Shown here: positions 26,504 through 40,285 of the stretch, piece by piece
How the letters are laid out: each line of letters starts with the position of its first letter
Numbering within the stretch: position 1 is the first letter of the stretch
Translations under genes and position numbers: made by a program
Assembly (NCBI GenBank): GCA_044892505.1
Contig: CM097882.1
Coordinates: forward strand, 591,976,001 to 592,040,000
Length of the DNA: 64,000 nucleotides
DNA from: Schmidtea nova
Taxonomy: Eukaryota
Direction of reading: 5' to 3'
The notes under the pieces: model-generated
The model's input: the letters and a program-made list of their open reading frames with translations, nothing else
The model's database searches: none
Told to the model about the DNA's origin: nothing

Positions 26504-28779
26504 TGTATAACTATTTAAAATGTAATAAAAATAGTTTTTTCAATGTATTTAATGAGCTTTTATATTTGTGCATATTAATAAACTTTATCCAATCAAATTA
26601 AAAATGTACTTGATTAATAGGATTTCTTTGTAATGTTATTTAACATCTGAGATGTGTGTACTTACGAGTGTGTATTAAATATATGTCATGCATACATACA
26701 TGTATTTGAAGTACGACAAGTCTGAAATAGATTTTATATTAAAAAAATGACATTTTAATTTTTTACATCATTAATTATCCTTCAAAATTTTAATTATTAA
26801 ATTTAAATAATTAAAATTATACTATTTTTAATAATTTTTTGGTTTCACTTTCGATCTCTTTTTTAATTCAATTATTTCACATTAATTTTTGTAAGACTAC
26901 ATTAAATTTTATTTTGGTTGTTAGGTGAAAAAACTTTGATCTAGTCTTACAAAAATTAACATGAAAATTATCGAATATTGTCAATTTATTCATTCTTAAA
27001 TTTATTTTCTTTATCTTAAATTTTTATAACATTGTGAAAAAATATCATATTTGATAACAAAAGTTATAAATATAAAATAAATTAATTCTCTTTTCCGTAA
27101 AGTAGAGTATATTGATTTTGTCAATCATGTATGTTAATATTTTTTAATGATAGAATACAATTTAATAATATTATTTCAATCAAATCCATGAGTTTTCTGT
27201 TGAACTTATGAACGCATTAATCTCAAATGACACACAGGAAACTTGTTAGCGTAATTAACTATTAAGGATGTGGGGTATATTGCATAATAATAAATTACTG
27301 ATTCTAAAGGTTGACCTGTAAGACAATTATGATTCAATTAAATTGAAGGATTAAAGAATTATTATCAGATCGAGTGAAATTTCATTTGCTTATAATTTAA
27401 ATATTATACAGTGAAATTTTAATATTTCGAGATTTTATTTTAACACCACATTTGGTAGACAAGTGCAGACAAATGTTGTTTAGGGTGATTAATCATATTA
27501 AATTTCATCGACTATTGCCTAATCGCCAGTCACCTGACACAGCTCTTAGTATGCTACTTGAAATATAATAGAGACAAGATTACTGTTGACTGTCGACTAC
27601 GTGTAACGTGCATCTGAATCAACTTATAATTCCATTGCGATCGCAATGTATCATAAACTGATAAAAAATTGAAAAGCAATGATTCTAAATATGATAGCAT
27701 AAATGTCATTCAATTGTTTTATTATCTTTAACTAATAATCACATTCGATTAGAAAATTCAATAGTTGTTAGTGTAAATAATATTAATCACTCAAATTACT
27801 AGTTAATATTTATTTTTGAATTGTTCTTTTAAAATTTTTCATAAAACGATTTATTAATTTTTCACGTCTTATAATTCAAATCCATGAAATTTTCATTTCG
27901 TAAGTTTATTCTAAATTTATTTGTAATAAAATAATTACACGCCATCTTGAGCTGTGACAATATTAGGTAGCTTGTCTATGCTAATATAACTGTTGTGTCG
28001 TTTCGCATAAATTAAAATTTTTTAAATTAAAATGATTTTTAACAGAAAAATAAATTCCACCATTCACTTTCAAATTCACCACAATCTTAATATTACAGAA
28101 ACTGAAAACGAATAAAATTTTCGAACATTCACCAATAATAACAAGAGTTTATAGTTTAATTGACGAAAAATACCATTCAATGATAATTTTTGAAATCCAT
28201 TCCTATTTGTCTAAATTTGTTTTAAAAGTTTTCAAATCTATCCGTATAAATTAGAAATTTTTTTACACTTTAATTTAGTAGCACTGCTATATGGTTCATT
28301 AAAAGAACAAGCACATTTGAAATACTGTCTACGGTTATTTCATTGCATTAATATAATTTATTGGTTATTGTACACACTCAGAGTATGCAAATATTTAAGA
28401 AAACCGTCAAAAAATGTATAGCTAGTATTGTGATTCATCTTCAGGATATAAAAATTGCATCTAATGGATTGTGACTTATATTTCTTTAACAGAGTTCCTT
28501 TCTGTAATGTTCTGTGGACACACGTTTGGATATGAATTTTTAACATAAATAAATGTTTATGCGTGTTTTATGTATCTTTAAAATTATGTAAATCAAGGTT
28601 GTAAAAAAATTGTTATATATGTAAAAATTTATGTAAATTAAGGTTGTAAAAAATTTGTTATATATGTAAAAATTTTATAATTTCAACATTGTAAGTTTTG
28701 TTAAAAAAAGGTTGTTAAGCGGTTAACCCGCACGATAATAAAATAATAAATATTGGAAAGCATTTGAAATTCTTAATTA

Positions 28780-30381
28780 TTGATCAAATGGATCTTTACA
28801 TACAAATTGTTCCAAGCCGATGTTAGACTGACAGACAGCGCCAGGAATATCGAATCTGCTAATGCTACGGCAACTTATATTGTTGAATTTGTCAACATGA
28901 AGTGGAAAATAAATGTCTTTTATTACAAATACTTTCAAGATGTCAGACCATTGAAAGTTTCTGCTAACGGTAAACGTTTGGAGGTTTTTATCAATTCCTA
29001 TGGATATATCACTACGGAGTCCAGTGAATCAATGTTGGGATATTTCCGCATCAATGATAAATATGAAATCAGCGGATTGGTCGAATCACATAATAAGCGC
29101 TATCAACTGATTTACATCACTCACGCGCCAGCGATTATTCTGTCTGAAATCACAGAAATAGTTGCCTTAGAAACGAAGGAATTTATTGAACTATCTAAAA
29201 CTTTAAAACAAAATATTTTTAATAAACAATGCTATGCCAAAGTTGTTATTGGGCCCTACTTTTATGTCAATCTTAGTGATAACATTGAATTTGTTACTGA
29301 AAGAGAGAAATTTATAAAGATCGAAATATGGGTACAGAATATATTTCTCCGTTTAAACTTGATATTTAATCAACTTCCGTGGGAAATAAGGATCGAGTTC
29401 TTGGTGGATCACTTGCTTATTTTGACTCCAAAAATGTGCTTGAGTGACTTTAAAGGTCCCCGTTATCAGGTTTCAGTGAATAGTTATGGCAATTTGAGTT
29501 TAAGTGCCCGGGAATTGCTCGAATCTTTTAAAAGTGATTCTTCTAGTAGATGTTTTGAGTTGGAAGGCCAAATGCCGTTCACCGGTATGACTTTAATGTT
29601 GAATCCTATTTTCTACAGATCCTCGGCAATGACCGTCCAACACTTTTACATCGTCATTATTTTCGGCTTGTTTGTATTCATTGTCTTTACAATGTGCATT
29701 TTTGAAGGTTCTTATATGATGAACTTATTCGTCTCAAGAAAATTACGATTTTATTGTCAATTGATGTCCTATCAAGATCCGAAAGTGAATGTATTTAGAG
29801 TATGTACTGTACTATCAAATCCATGTGTGTATCATTTTTATATGGTTATTCAATCTTTGAGACCTCCTTTTATTTTTATTCATGAAATTTTGGTAAACTG
29901 CATGTTTGATATTTTCACAGACATTTCCAAAACTTGGTGTTATGCTTCCAATCTTATTCTTAAATTTTACAGATTTTTCAACGTCTCTTTCAATCAATTA
30001 ATAAAGAAAAGTAATACAATTAAGATTTATATAGAAACTGGTTATCAAATAAATATTACATTTTCTGACAATTATATCTACACGCTCCGAGTGATTGGAC
30101 AAGTACTTTCTAATAAGCAAGCCGGCAGTGGAACACCTCCTTATGAGATCCTCCTTGGGGGATTACCCGATGATTTCGATCGATCTTTGGTTCGACCTGG
30201 AATCCTTCTTTCCCTGCTATTTGGCATAACTGAGTATATGTTAACAAATTGCCGTAAGCTGAATACCAACTACAGACATTCGAAAACAAAAGTATATTTA
30301 GATTTATTTGTAAACTTATGTACACACTTGATAAAGGCTGTGCCGAAATATTGTGTTATTGTTTATAAAAAAAAATTTTGA
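28780..30381 (+). CDS. Long ORF (533 aa); N-terminal half resembles ADAM10/17-type prodomain plus start of a reprolysin domain; true 3' end uncertain
   Basis: 1.6-kb stop-free frame in AT-rich DNA; ISGLVESHNKRYQL, CYAKVVIGPYFY, LNLIFNQLPW, IEFLVDHLLI and RELLESF...CF recall the ADAM layout; no HExxH (only HEILVN); last ~65 bp match a gypsy RT fragment. Confidence 0.4.
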   Translation: MIKWIFTYKLFQADVRLTDSARNIESANATATYIVEFVNMKWKINVFYYKYFQDVRPLKVSANGKRLEVFINSYGYITTESSESMLGYFRINDKYEISGLVESHNKRYQLIYITHAPAIILSEITEIVALETKEFIELSKTLKQNIFNKQCYAKVVIGPYFYVNLSDNIEFVTEREKFIKIEIWVQNIFLRLNLIFNQLPWEIRIEFLVDHLLILTPKMCLSDFKGPRYQVSVNSYGNLSLSARELLESFKSDSSSRCFELEGQMPFTGMTLMLNPIFYRSSAMTVQHFYIVIIFGLFVFIVFTMCIFEGSYMMNLFVSRKLRFYCQLMSYQDPKVNVFRVCTVLSNPCVYHFYMVIQSLRPPFIFIHEILVNCMFDIFTDISKTWCYASNLILKFYRFFNVSFNQLIKKSNTIKIYIETGYQINITFSDNYIYTLRVIGQVLSNKQAGSGTPPYEILLGGLPDDFDRSLVRPGILLSLLFGITEYMLTNCRKLNTNYRHSKTKVYLDLFVNLCTHLIKAVPKYCVIVYKKKF

Positions 30382-30773
30382 TCTATAGTCATNNNNNNNN
30401 NNNNNNNNNNNNNNNNNNNNNNNNNNNNNNNNNNNNNNNNNNNNNNNNNNNNNNNNNNNNNNNNNNNNNNNNNNNNNNNNNNNNNNNNNNNNNNNNNNNN
30501 NNNNNNNNNNNNNNNNNNNNNNNNNNNNATTTTTCTTTATTATTTTTATTGTGTATGGTATTGTGTATACCGGAACCCCCTTATCATTATTTAGGTGCTT
30601 TATGTCTGGGGGTTATGGTTTTTTATTATTATAATTATTATTAGTTAGAATTATAGAAATTCAAATTTAAATCAAATAGCTTACTATAGAAATATACTTT
30701 AGTAAGCTAATGACAAATAGAAAAAAATCAATAACCATAAAAAATTTAATTACAAATAAATAAGAAGACTAAG

Positions 30774-31849
30774 AAACCAAAATTAAATAAGCCTAGATAA
30801 ATTGTCAAGGGAAAAAAATTATTAAACGAATAAAGAAAGAAATTATCAACAAATTAAAAATTCAGAAGCTAATAGTTGAAAGATCAAATAGCGATTGAAA
30901 GAGAAGAAAATCCAAAGGGACTAATTATTTCGAATCGAGGCAAAAGAAAAGTCCAATAAAATCTAGAAAACAACCCTAACAATACCTTTTTGAAAAAAGA
31001 ATTTTATCAACCTGACTATAACGATTCAGTTGCTGATCCCGCTACCGACTCTAGCCCAACAAATTCAATTTCCCAAAGCGAATTAGTCGAATAACTTGGA
31101 AAGACTAACATAACATCCAACGGAATCCAACAACCCTCTTAAAATCCTATCACAATAAACGAGCAACTATCAGTAATTAAAATATTTGCGGTTATAACTT
31201 ATATTGTGATACTAATTTAATTGCTAATAATTATTTCGTTTTATTATTATTTTATTGTTTTTGACTTACTGTTTTTGCATTACATAGCATACACCCCGAG
31301 TGTCTGCACACAATTACCGCAAGACTCTCTCGGGCGCTTACATTTCCCCTTGTACATATTTGCAATATCTTACTCTAAAGCCATTCGAAACAAGTAAATA
31401 TCAACATTTACAACTGGTGCCACAAGATGAATTGGGGTGCAGGTTATATCTTTATTGTGTGCGTGTAAACCCTATAAAGTACAACAATAAAATAACCGAA
31501 AATTAATTATGTTATTATAAAATTTTATTATTTAACTTATTAAAAATCAAAAATAACAACCTCAATGCAATTACTTCGTAAAATATCGTTATAGTGAATC
31601 GTTATAGTCAGGTTGATAAAATTCTGCTTTTTCAAAAAGGTATTGTTAGGGTTGTTTTCTAGATTTTATTGGACTTTTCTTTTGCCTCGATTCGAAATAA
31701 TTAGTCCCTTTGGATTTTCTTCTCTTTCAATCTCTATTTGATTTTACAACTATTAACTTCTGAATTTTTAATTTGTTGATAATTTCTTTCTTTATTCGTT
31801 TAATAATATTTTCCTTGACAATTTATCTAGGCTTATTTGATTTTGGTTT
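30774..31849. repeat. ~255-bp inverted repeat pair (30774-31028, 31595-31849) around a unique spacer
   Basis: The arms are clearly reverse-complementary with scattered mismatches; the unit lies between two gaps. Confidence 0.9.
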
Positions 31850-32054
31850 TTTTGGTTTTAATTTCCGTTATATTTTCTTATTTTAATTTTTCCATCGATT
31901 TTTTAAATTTCCNNNNNNNNNNNNNNNNNNNNNNNNNNNNNNNNNNNNNNNNNNNNNNNNNNNNNNNNNNNNNNNNNNNNNNNNNNNNNNNNNNNNNNNN
32001 NNNNNNNNNNNNNNNNNNNNNNNNNNNNNNNNNNNNNNNNNNNNNNNNNNNNNN

Positions 32055-33239
32055 CAAATTAATCCAGAAATCTTAATAATTAATATTTTTACAAATCATA
32101 TTTGCTGCACCATCAATCATTGCAAGTAGAGATCTGTCCAGCGTTCTTTTTAAAGGGACACTAGTAAAATCTGATGTTTGAATTTAAAAATATTACGCTC
32201 TTTATGAATTCGGAGAATATATCTAACCCTGTAATATTTCCTTTTATTATTGCATTGAAATCAATTCTTCTGTAATATCACAGTTTTCATCAATACACCT
32301 AATAAATTTTAAGACCTGGGCTGTATTACATCCGTTGTTACATCCGTTCTTTTATTCATGATTACAGAAAAAAAATAAATCTGTAGATTTTTTCAACAAT
32401 TGCGAAAATATGTTTTCATATATTTTCTCTATCTCAGTGATAATCCTTTGCGAAAAATACATCAACCGGAAATCTTTTATTTTCTCTGAGCGGATAATGT
32501 CACTCATTGTCAGTACATAGTCTTTTACTAATTTGCCGTCTTAGAAGGTATTGTTACTTTGTGCAATTTTAGATAGTACTGTATAACTTCCTTTTGGGGC
32601 AGATATTTGTGAAAAAGTCTGTTTACTAAATATATTACACTACAGAAAATAACTTACGTTTCATTTTTATTTTTAGTTAAAGCTTCATATGATTAGTATT
32701 AAAAGGTTTTGAAATAATGTATTCTTTCATTGCAGAGCAAGCACATAGGTTTGCCATTGTACATTGTAAAACAATATTTCCAAACCTAGTCTCAAACCTA
32801 GTCTCAATCCTTCTTTCTTACCTTCACTTCAAATTGGGCATTATTATTTAATTTTTAAACATTTCCTTATCAAAACTTGACCCAATTATTTAATATAAAC
32901 TTGCTAAGGTAATTTCGATATATATAATAAAGATTAAAGGAATATAAAGAGCATAAACCGTAGTGCTACCAACTTGGAGTTTCTATTTTCAATTCACCCT
33001 GAACGCGTTAAATGATAAATATTTTAATTTCCTTTTCTTAAATTAATTTTCATAATTTTAGACAAAATTAAAAAATTCAATTAAAGGATAGGATGGTCTA
33101 TCTACAAATTTATCTACTTAATAGATTCTATATAGTAAAGCTTCTATTATAATAATTCCAGATTTAGTTAATACAAATTTGGTTTGGATCGCGGGTCAGA
33201 TTGCAAACTATCACGAGCCATAGTTTCCTCCCATAACTG
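32055..33239 (-). mobile_element. hAT (GTF2IRD2/Charlie-like) transposase 5' remnant
   Basis: Terminus CAGTTATGGGAGGAAACTATGGCTCG at 33239; NGKPMCLLCNE, SYTVLSKIA...DGKLVKD, FFSVIMNKRTDVT, AMIDGAANMI. Confidence 0.75.
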
Positions 33240-34329
33240 TTATAAAGTAAATACACAGTCAGCAACTCAGTTACTCTTCGACGAAATTAGGAATTAATTA
33301 GAAAACCATTAATTGGTTTGATATAAAATTAAAATAAATTTCATATAATTTATTTTTATAAATGAAAATTTTGTGTATGTAATTTATTTAAAATATTAGT
33401 TTTTTTAAACTAGTAGTTTTGGTTTATTCAACTTTTAAAATTTGTTCTGCTTCTCCAATCATTTCGATTAATTCGTTTGAAATATTTAAATTGGAATTTG
33501 TAATTTTGTAATATATTGACATTTTGAAAACGGAAAATGTTTGAAAAAGTGTTTGTAAAAACAGTATAATTTTAATATAGTAATAATTAAATATTTTTTA
33601 ACGTTAGTGATGCTTTAGTGATATAATTTTTTATTAAAATACTATTTAGATACGACGAACACAATTTTCCTCGTACTTCTAATCGGTCAGATTTCTTACA
33701 CCTGTTTTAGCACAGTTTTCAAAAGTATTTGAGCTGTAATTATGTCCTAGAAAGTATATGCAAAGAAATTTTAAGCAGTTGCTACGATAGGGATATCATG
33801 ATTCATTTTATCCTTCCGGTTCATTAATCTAAGCGGTCTTATCAATGAATCTTTTGCGGATTGCAATGGTAAAGGGCAAGACGATTCTATATATTCTACT
33901 TATTTACTGATTTTAGTGATTTTCCAATTATCAGTTTATTACTTTATAAAACTATAATAAATAGTTAAATGTACTCATTAATAAATTCATTTCCGAAGTC
34001 GTCTATTTTTGTGTACTAATGTTGTATCCATATTGAGATTAAAGCTTTTAGTCAATAATATTTGGTTTATTGAAATTGAATATAAATGCAAGATAGGGAT
34101 TGCGGTTGCAATTATTACTGAAATTTCATTTTTCAATAATAATTTCTCAATAAGTCAAAATACTTTATTTAATTGGTTGCACTGATAAAGTGAACAAAGT
34201 GCTAAATAATAGTTATTATTATATTATTTATATAATTGTGTGTATCATTAATTTTGAATGAAAAATATATTACAAATAAATTCAGTACACACAGTTCGTG
34301 AAAATATGAAACTTACCTTATAATTTGGT

Positions 34330-35400
34330 GTTAATATTAGTCGTATTTCTTGAAGATGATCTCGTATTGTACTTTCACAAGATGGTCTAGGGCCTAGACT
34401 CTAGGCAATGTACGATTATTAACCCTTTCGTAAGTCGTTGGAAGTATTATTCCGACTTGTTTTGAATAATTAGCAAAAGTTTGAATTTTTGTGATGGAAA
34501 TATTATTTCTTAGAATTTTTCAAACCACACAAAAATTATTTTTCAGTAATTCCATTATGTCCATAAAGTGTTCGCACTAGAAAGAAAAAAATGAATCATG
34601 TTTCCATGTAAAAAATTTGTCCATGAAAGGGTTTGCAACCTGGTTTAATCACAATATATTTCAGTGCAGTTTAAAATGTGAGCAAAATATATTTCCCATA
34701 GTGTTTTTGGAGAAATAATACGGATTAATAAAAATTTTTTATATTATTGGACTAGTAAACAATTGCAGTAAATTACTGACGGAATTGAGTCGAAGAGTAT
34801 ATTCAATGCAAACGAATTTTTTTTTGCTATTTGTACCCTTGAACGGATAACGAATATGCACAGATAAACCTATCGGCAGTTGAATTATATTTGTTTAAAG
34901 CGCGACACACTTTTTTAGAATTACATTATGAAATACCTAAACAAATAATAAGCATTTTTGATTATTTCAAATATTGTTGTAATGATGAATAATTATGAAA
35001 AAATGATTTCCTTGTTTTTCAATGTGGTGTAAGGTTAATAATAACACTTTTAACGATATTTTAAACTCTATTACGCAAGATCTATCACAATTGGATTACT
35101 TCTTATGGGGTGTCATTAATCAGTAGCTTTTTTAAACTATCCTTGAACAAACTATTCGTCAAAGGATGGTTTAACAAGGGAATCTGATTCCATAGAAAAC
35201 TAATTCATACATGCTTAGAATTATTCTAAATTCTTTCGTTGAACGCGTTTTAAATTGTATTGAGTTAAATCCGTGATTCTGAACATGCACTGTAACTGAT
35301 AAGCTTGCTGATAATTGATAAATTAAATAAAATTTCACAGTGGATTTCTTATATACTTTTATTATGAAGACTTATGAGGCACGCTAAAACATAATTTTAT
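34330..35400 (+). mobile_element. Tc1/mariner-superfamily remnant (second copy ~41260-42330)
   Basis: TQDLSQLDYFLWGV (35073-35120) resembles SPDLxPLDYFLWG; IFNANEFFF resembles IIFSDE; heavily decayed, boundaries approximate. Confidence 0.45.
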
Positions 35401-35799
35401 TTACTCTCAAATTGTAAATATTATATACAAAAATGTTTTCTAAGTTTTCTATTATTATCTAAATATTTATAAAATTTATATCTATATAAATATTATTATG
35501 TTTTGCGTCGAAAAAAGCTGGTATTTGATAAAAAAACATAATTACTGAGATGAATTTCGACGCTTTTTCATAATATTTAGAGATTCTCGAAAAGATCTTA
35601 TTGACCCATTCTTAAACAGATCATCAATTTGTTTACAGTTTTAAATTTTTAAAAGAAACATTAGAATGATTTTCGTATGCAGTGTGCGTGGGAATCTATA
35701 ACACAAGCTTGTTCGAATTACTGTAATAAGATGACTGATCAAACTTCCGGTGTATTACAGTAAAACAGTTTTATTTGCAATTTAATAAAATATAAATAT

Positions 35800-36682
35800 T
35801 ATTTAACACATTAAATGCCAATCATTATAGAGGAACTGAATATATCCAGAAGTCAAACCGAGATACCATATGTTCGTATCCTAGAATAGAAAAGGAGTCA
35901 GCTCTATCTTTGAAGCCAATGCGTTAATTTCTTCAAATATCAGACTTAATAAGAAATTTAAAATTGCCTGATTTTGTATATTATATGAGCTGTTTTGTTT
36001 CTTCACCAGAAAATCGATAAATTCTGCAGATATAGCAACGAAAAAAATAAAGTGTATTAGACCAAAAAATTAAGAACAAGGTATTCAGATTCGGGTCGTG
36101 CTTCTTCCGGTATTTAAATAACAGCGATAACCAATAAATTTTAATTGTGTTGGATACTAGAAAATTAATAGAAGTATTTAGAATCAATTATATTCTTTAA
36201 AATAGGGACAAATAAGTACAGAATAACAATTAAATTTGACTAATTCCAAGCAATCGGTTGATAGTGTTGATTTTAACAATTTATCGATGACAATTTGTGA
36301 TTATCTTATTTTTAAGTAACAGTTTTAATTATAATCTGAAAATATCAATATCAATTTATCAATTTGTCATTTGATTTATTTTACGATGATTAAAAATGCT
36401 ATGCGTAAATTAATCTCAAAAAAGTAAAACAAAATTAATATTTTTAAATAAATAAATTCTAACCATATCAGATTGAAGAGAAGTACCAATAATTATATAT
36501 TTGCTACTGAGTGCACAATATTGTGAGTTCAAAACTGCGAGTAACATCGCATATAAGTGCAAGAAAAAAATCAAGATCGAGTGATAAAAATTAATAAAAT
36601 AAAAGCTCAGATATTGTGCAAATAATAATCCAAAAATAAATGCACTAAGGGCTTGACTCAAAATAGAGCAAATAAAAAGCAA
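35800..36682 (-). other. Possible exons of a multi-pass membrane protein gene (second copy 42730-43612)
   Basis: Hydrophobic ORF 36416-36682 and hydrophobic segments FFGLIHFIFFVAISAEF and IWYLGLTSGYIQFLY downstream; no full model could be built. Confidence 0.3.
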
Positions 36683-36785
36683 TTTGTGTTAAAAATAACA
36701 ATAATAATAATAAAGGTAATAATAATAATAAAAATAGTAGTAATAATAATAGTAAATACAGTATGATGATAATGATAGTATTAAC

Positions 36786-37135
36786 CAGTGTTCTTTCTAA
36801 TAAAATAGGTTCCGGAACGCATTCTTTGAAAATACAGGCCTTGAATTTTTTTGATAACTAAAACATTTATGTAATTTATTAAAATTAAAATACATTTATT
36901 CTATTTTAATACAAAAATATTCAAAATTTGTTATAAAGAAACAATAAAATTATTATATAAAATTTTAAGAAATTCCAAACATTCATTATTTTTTTGGTGA
37001 GACTCAGGATCTATTTTTCGCTCCTTGCTTTGAGTGTTAATTGCAGAATGATGTCCTCTAAAGATCCACGACTTTAGATATTTTTTGAAATAGCTTCCGG
37101 ACCGCCGTCTCGGTGCGTTCCAACAGAAAATACTG
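36786..37135. mobile_element. Small hAT-like MITE (second copy 43716-44065)
   Basis: CAGTGTTCTTTC...GGAACGC and GCGTTCC...AAAATACTG termini; target-site duplication not clean. Confidence 0.5.
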
Positions 37136-38589
37136 GCGGTATTAATAATAACAATAAATAATAATTATTATAAATTCTTACGAGAACAAAAAATTTAATA
37201 TAGAGACTGAATTCTCAGTCAAACCACCAAAAATATTTCGTAATTCGTAATCGACTTTTGAAATCTAAAAAAGAGCATACAGGAGATGGATCTCAGAACA
37301 GCATTACATATATTGACATAGTATATACCAAAATATATACATGTCACAAGTGATATCTTTTTAATTATATTAGGTAAAAGTCTGGCAATCAATTTGTATT
37401 GGATAAAATTTGCAAACCAATGTTAATATTGTTTTTTTAAATAAGAACAACAAGCTGAGATTCTGAATCACTAACTACTTAACTTAACCTGGTAACAACT
37501 GCTACTTTACGATTAGTTTAATTTAAAATTTTTTTTTATAAAATTTATTCTTTTTTTAGTTTGGATTTACTAAATTTAATTTTTATAATTAAATCTTTAA
37601 TCTGAGTTTCTTTGTTCAACCTCGATATATAAAAAATTTTCAATGATAATAGATCAATAAGTTAAATTAAATCTAACTACAAATTTTAAGAATAGCCCTT
37701 GCCAAGTATTAATCATTTAAATTCGTATCGAGAAAATAGATTGTAATTTTTATTTTAAATATTTTTTTTGAATAGACCTAAGCATAACAATAATTTGTTG
37801 GGTGAATGGATGTTCTGAGAGGCCTTATACGTTAATAGATAGCTGGGGTATTGGAATTTTGATTAGTGTGGATGAATGCTTGTGAGTTAGTGTATTTTAT
37901 TTAAACAAAACAAAATAATAAATATATTCAAATTTTTTAGCACAAGCACCAAAAGATTAATCAAGACAATCTTTGTTTGTTCATATTAATTCTAAATGAA
38001 TGTTTTGTAGAATAAGAATCTTCACAGAAATTTGAATATTTCGATTTTACAAAATGCTTTTTTATAGATTTTGATTTCTTTGCACTGGTTTGCTTGACAA
38101 AGTATTTTATTCTTCACTTCGATTTAACCGAAATTGAATTAGTGTTTTATTCTGGAATTTGTATTTCAATCAAGTATCGCGTGATAATTTTTATCAATTT
38201 TTACTTTTTAATAGTAATCTTGTTACATTAAAATTTCATTGGATATGGACTTTCCAGGAATTGGTTTGCAAAATAATTTATCTTCTATTATACTAATTTC
38301 ATCAACATCGAATATACGCAATTAATTGAGTAACTTTTACATTGGTTACCTCATATACTTTTATTGTGAATTTTGAAGTACGCTGTCGAGAAACTAGCTG
38401 ATCGAAAAGATCTTCAGATATATCATCGTTTTTTACCAATTTCATTTTTAGCAAGTGGTTTCTCATATGATTTGACCAATATTTTTTAATCATAAAAATA
38501 ACTATCAATAATAACATTTGTAAATCTTTATGATAAATAGTGTTAAGGGTAACTTATCATATCTCATTTCATTCAATTCTGTCCAATAA

Positions 38590-40285
38590 CCCGTGCATAA
38601 AATTTAATCACTGCCCTCTGAGTATTTACCCGCGATAGCTACTTGTGTTCATGTTGGTAATGTACAACTCGGGTGCGTAACGAGTGACAGATGAGCGTCT
38701 GTGTTAGAAGTACTCCCACTCGCTATGCTATTTACGGTCCTGTAGGTGATAGAAGCCTTCATTCATTCCCTGCTCATCCTAGTCACTAATTTTGGAGAGA
38801 CTTCGCTGTTGGCACAGACTTTAGTGGTCTACCCTCACTTTTTAACATAATAAACCCTTTATTTACATCTCAGTATTATTCTACACATAAGACGAAATGA
38901 AAACAAACAGTTGTATTTAACACAACATTTATGCCAGTTCATGAAATTTTAACACTTCGTCCATTAATTGTAATTTGGTTAAGTCTTCTAGATGACCTAC
39001 TTATTTATCCAATTTTCTTTGACAGACGCATCTCCTGGAAAATACGGAAACAACGTCGCTTACGGGCACTCATGCGCTTCCTACGTTTGGCCGGATTTTC
39101 CGGGGGTGTTTGTTTGCTAGTTAGTTCTGGTGATCTTTCTTCAGTTTTTGAGTTAGACATTCCGGGAAACCATTAGTCAAAGGTTAATAGTCGGATACAT
39201 CCTGCCAGTTCCCTTGTAATGAAATTGGTAGACATCCTTTCTCTGCACCGCTTCAACTCCAATTGAGTAGCCTGTAACTTAATTTCCTGATCGAATGACC
39301 CACTGGGCCATTTCTAGCCTTTGGTAGAAGGTTTATACCAGGTTCGGAGCGAGGTACGTACCTTTCACTTCCTCTATCCTTCACTTGAGAACTCTTTGTG
39401 CCCGTTCGTGAAGCGCGTCGTTCTGTCGCGAACATTTGCACAATCTAATACTTTTACCATTTACTTTGGATGCCATTATTGTTAACTAAAAAGAAGAAAA
39501 TCATAGAAGTACTTAGATCACTGTTGGTCAGATATTGCTACAAATTCAAATACAAAATATAGTTTAAATACACTATTTCGTAAATATCTTGATTCGCTGC
39601 TAACCCATGCCTGGTGTTATTTTTCCCACAAAGAAAATTAAGGGTTTAAACGAGACAATTCTATTTATTTAATAATGACACATTTAGTCCATTAGTTATC
39701 TCCGTAATAGTATCTTCGGACGTCCTTGGCTTTCTGGGGTGATTCAGGTGAACTAGGTGACCCAATGCGAGGAATTTTGTGATCGAAATTTCACCCACTA
39801 GGATTAGCTCACTCATCCCCGCCACCTTACTCGGTACGGTCGCGAAACACGTTTGGTCTCCAGGTTTCCTTGCCCTTCAACTTCAATAGGCCACTGGGAT
39901 GACCCGTGCTATGTGATCTGACACCAGCTATCCTTCCTTAGGTTGATCAAAGGAGCTTTCCGTTCTTGATAGCGCTGGTTATTTATTCGGATTACTTGTT
40001 TGATAATTGACCGAGGTAACTTTTGTTTTGGCACGATTTTCATTCCTTTAAATCGTAGGGTCTTTCTGGTCAGATCGGGCTATAATCGACCTTGTGCTCT
40101 TTATTGTTCGGGGAAGATAATGATTCCTTAATTTGGTTTTATTTGATTGATCTGAAGCTGGTATAAATAATGCAAATACATTTATTAACAATTATCCGCG
40201 ATTCACTTTTCCCCGACTCCCTTTTTTAATAATTCACCCATGAATTTGTAGGCTTATCCCGACCCATTTGTGTAAATCATTAATT
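38590..40285 (-). mobile_element. Second member of the unclassified ~1.7-kb family
   Basis: Peptide and 5' motif homology to 11560-13330; same layout of conserved domain, coiled-coil/basic segment (PAKRRKRMSARKRR) and GC-richer tail. Confidence 0.55.
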
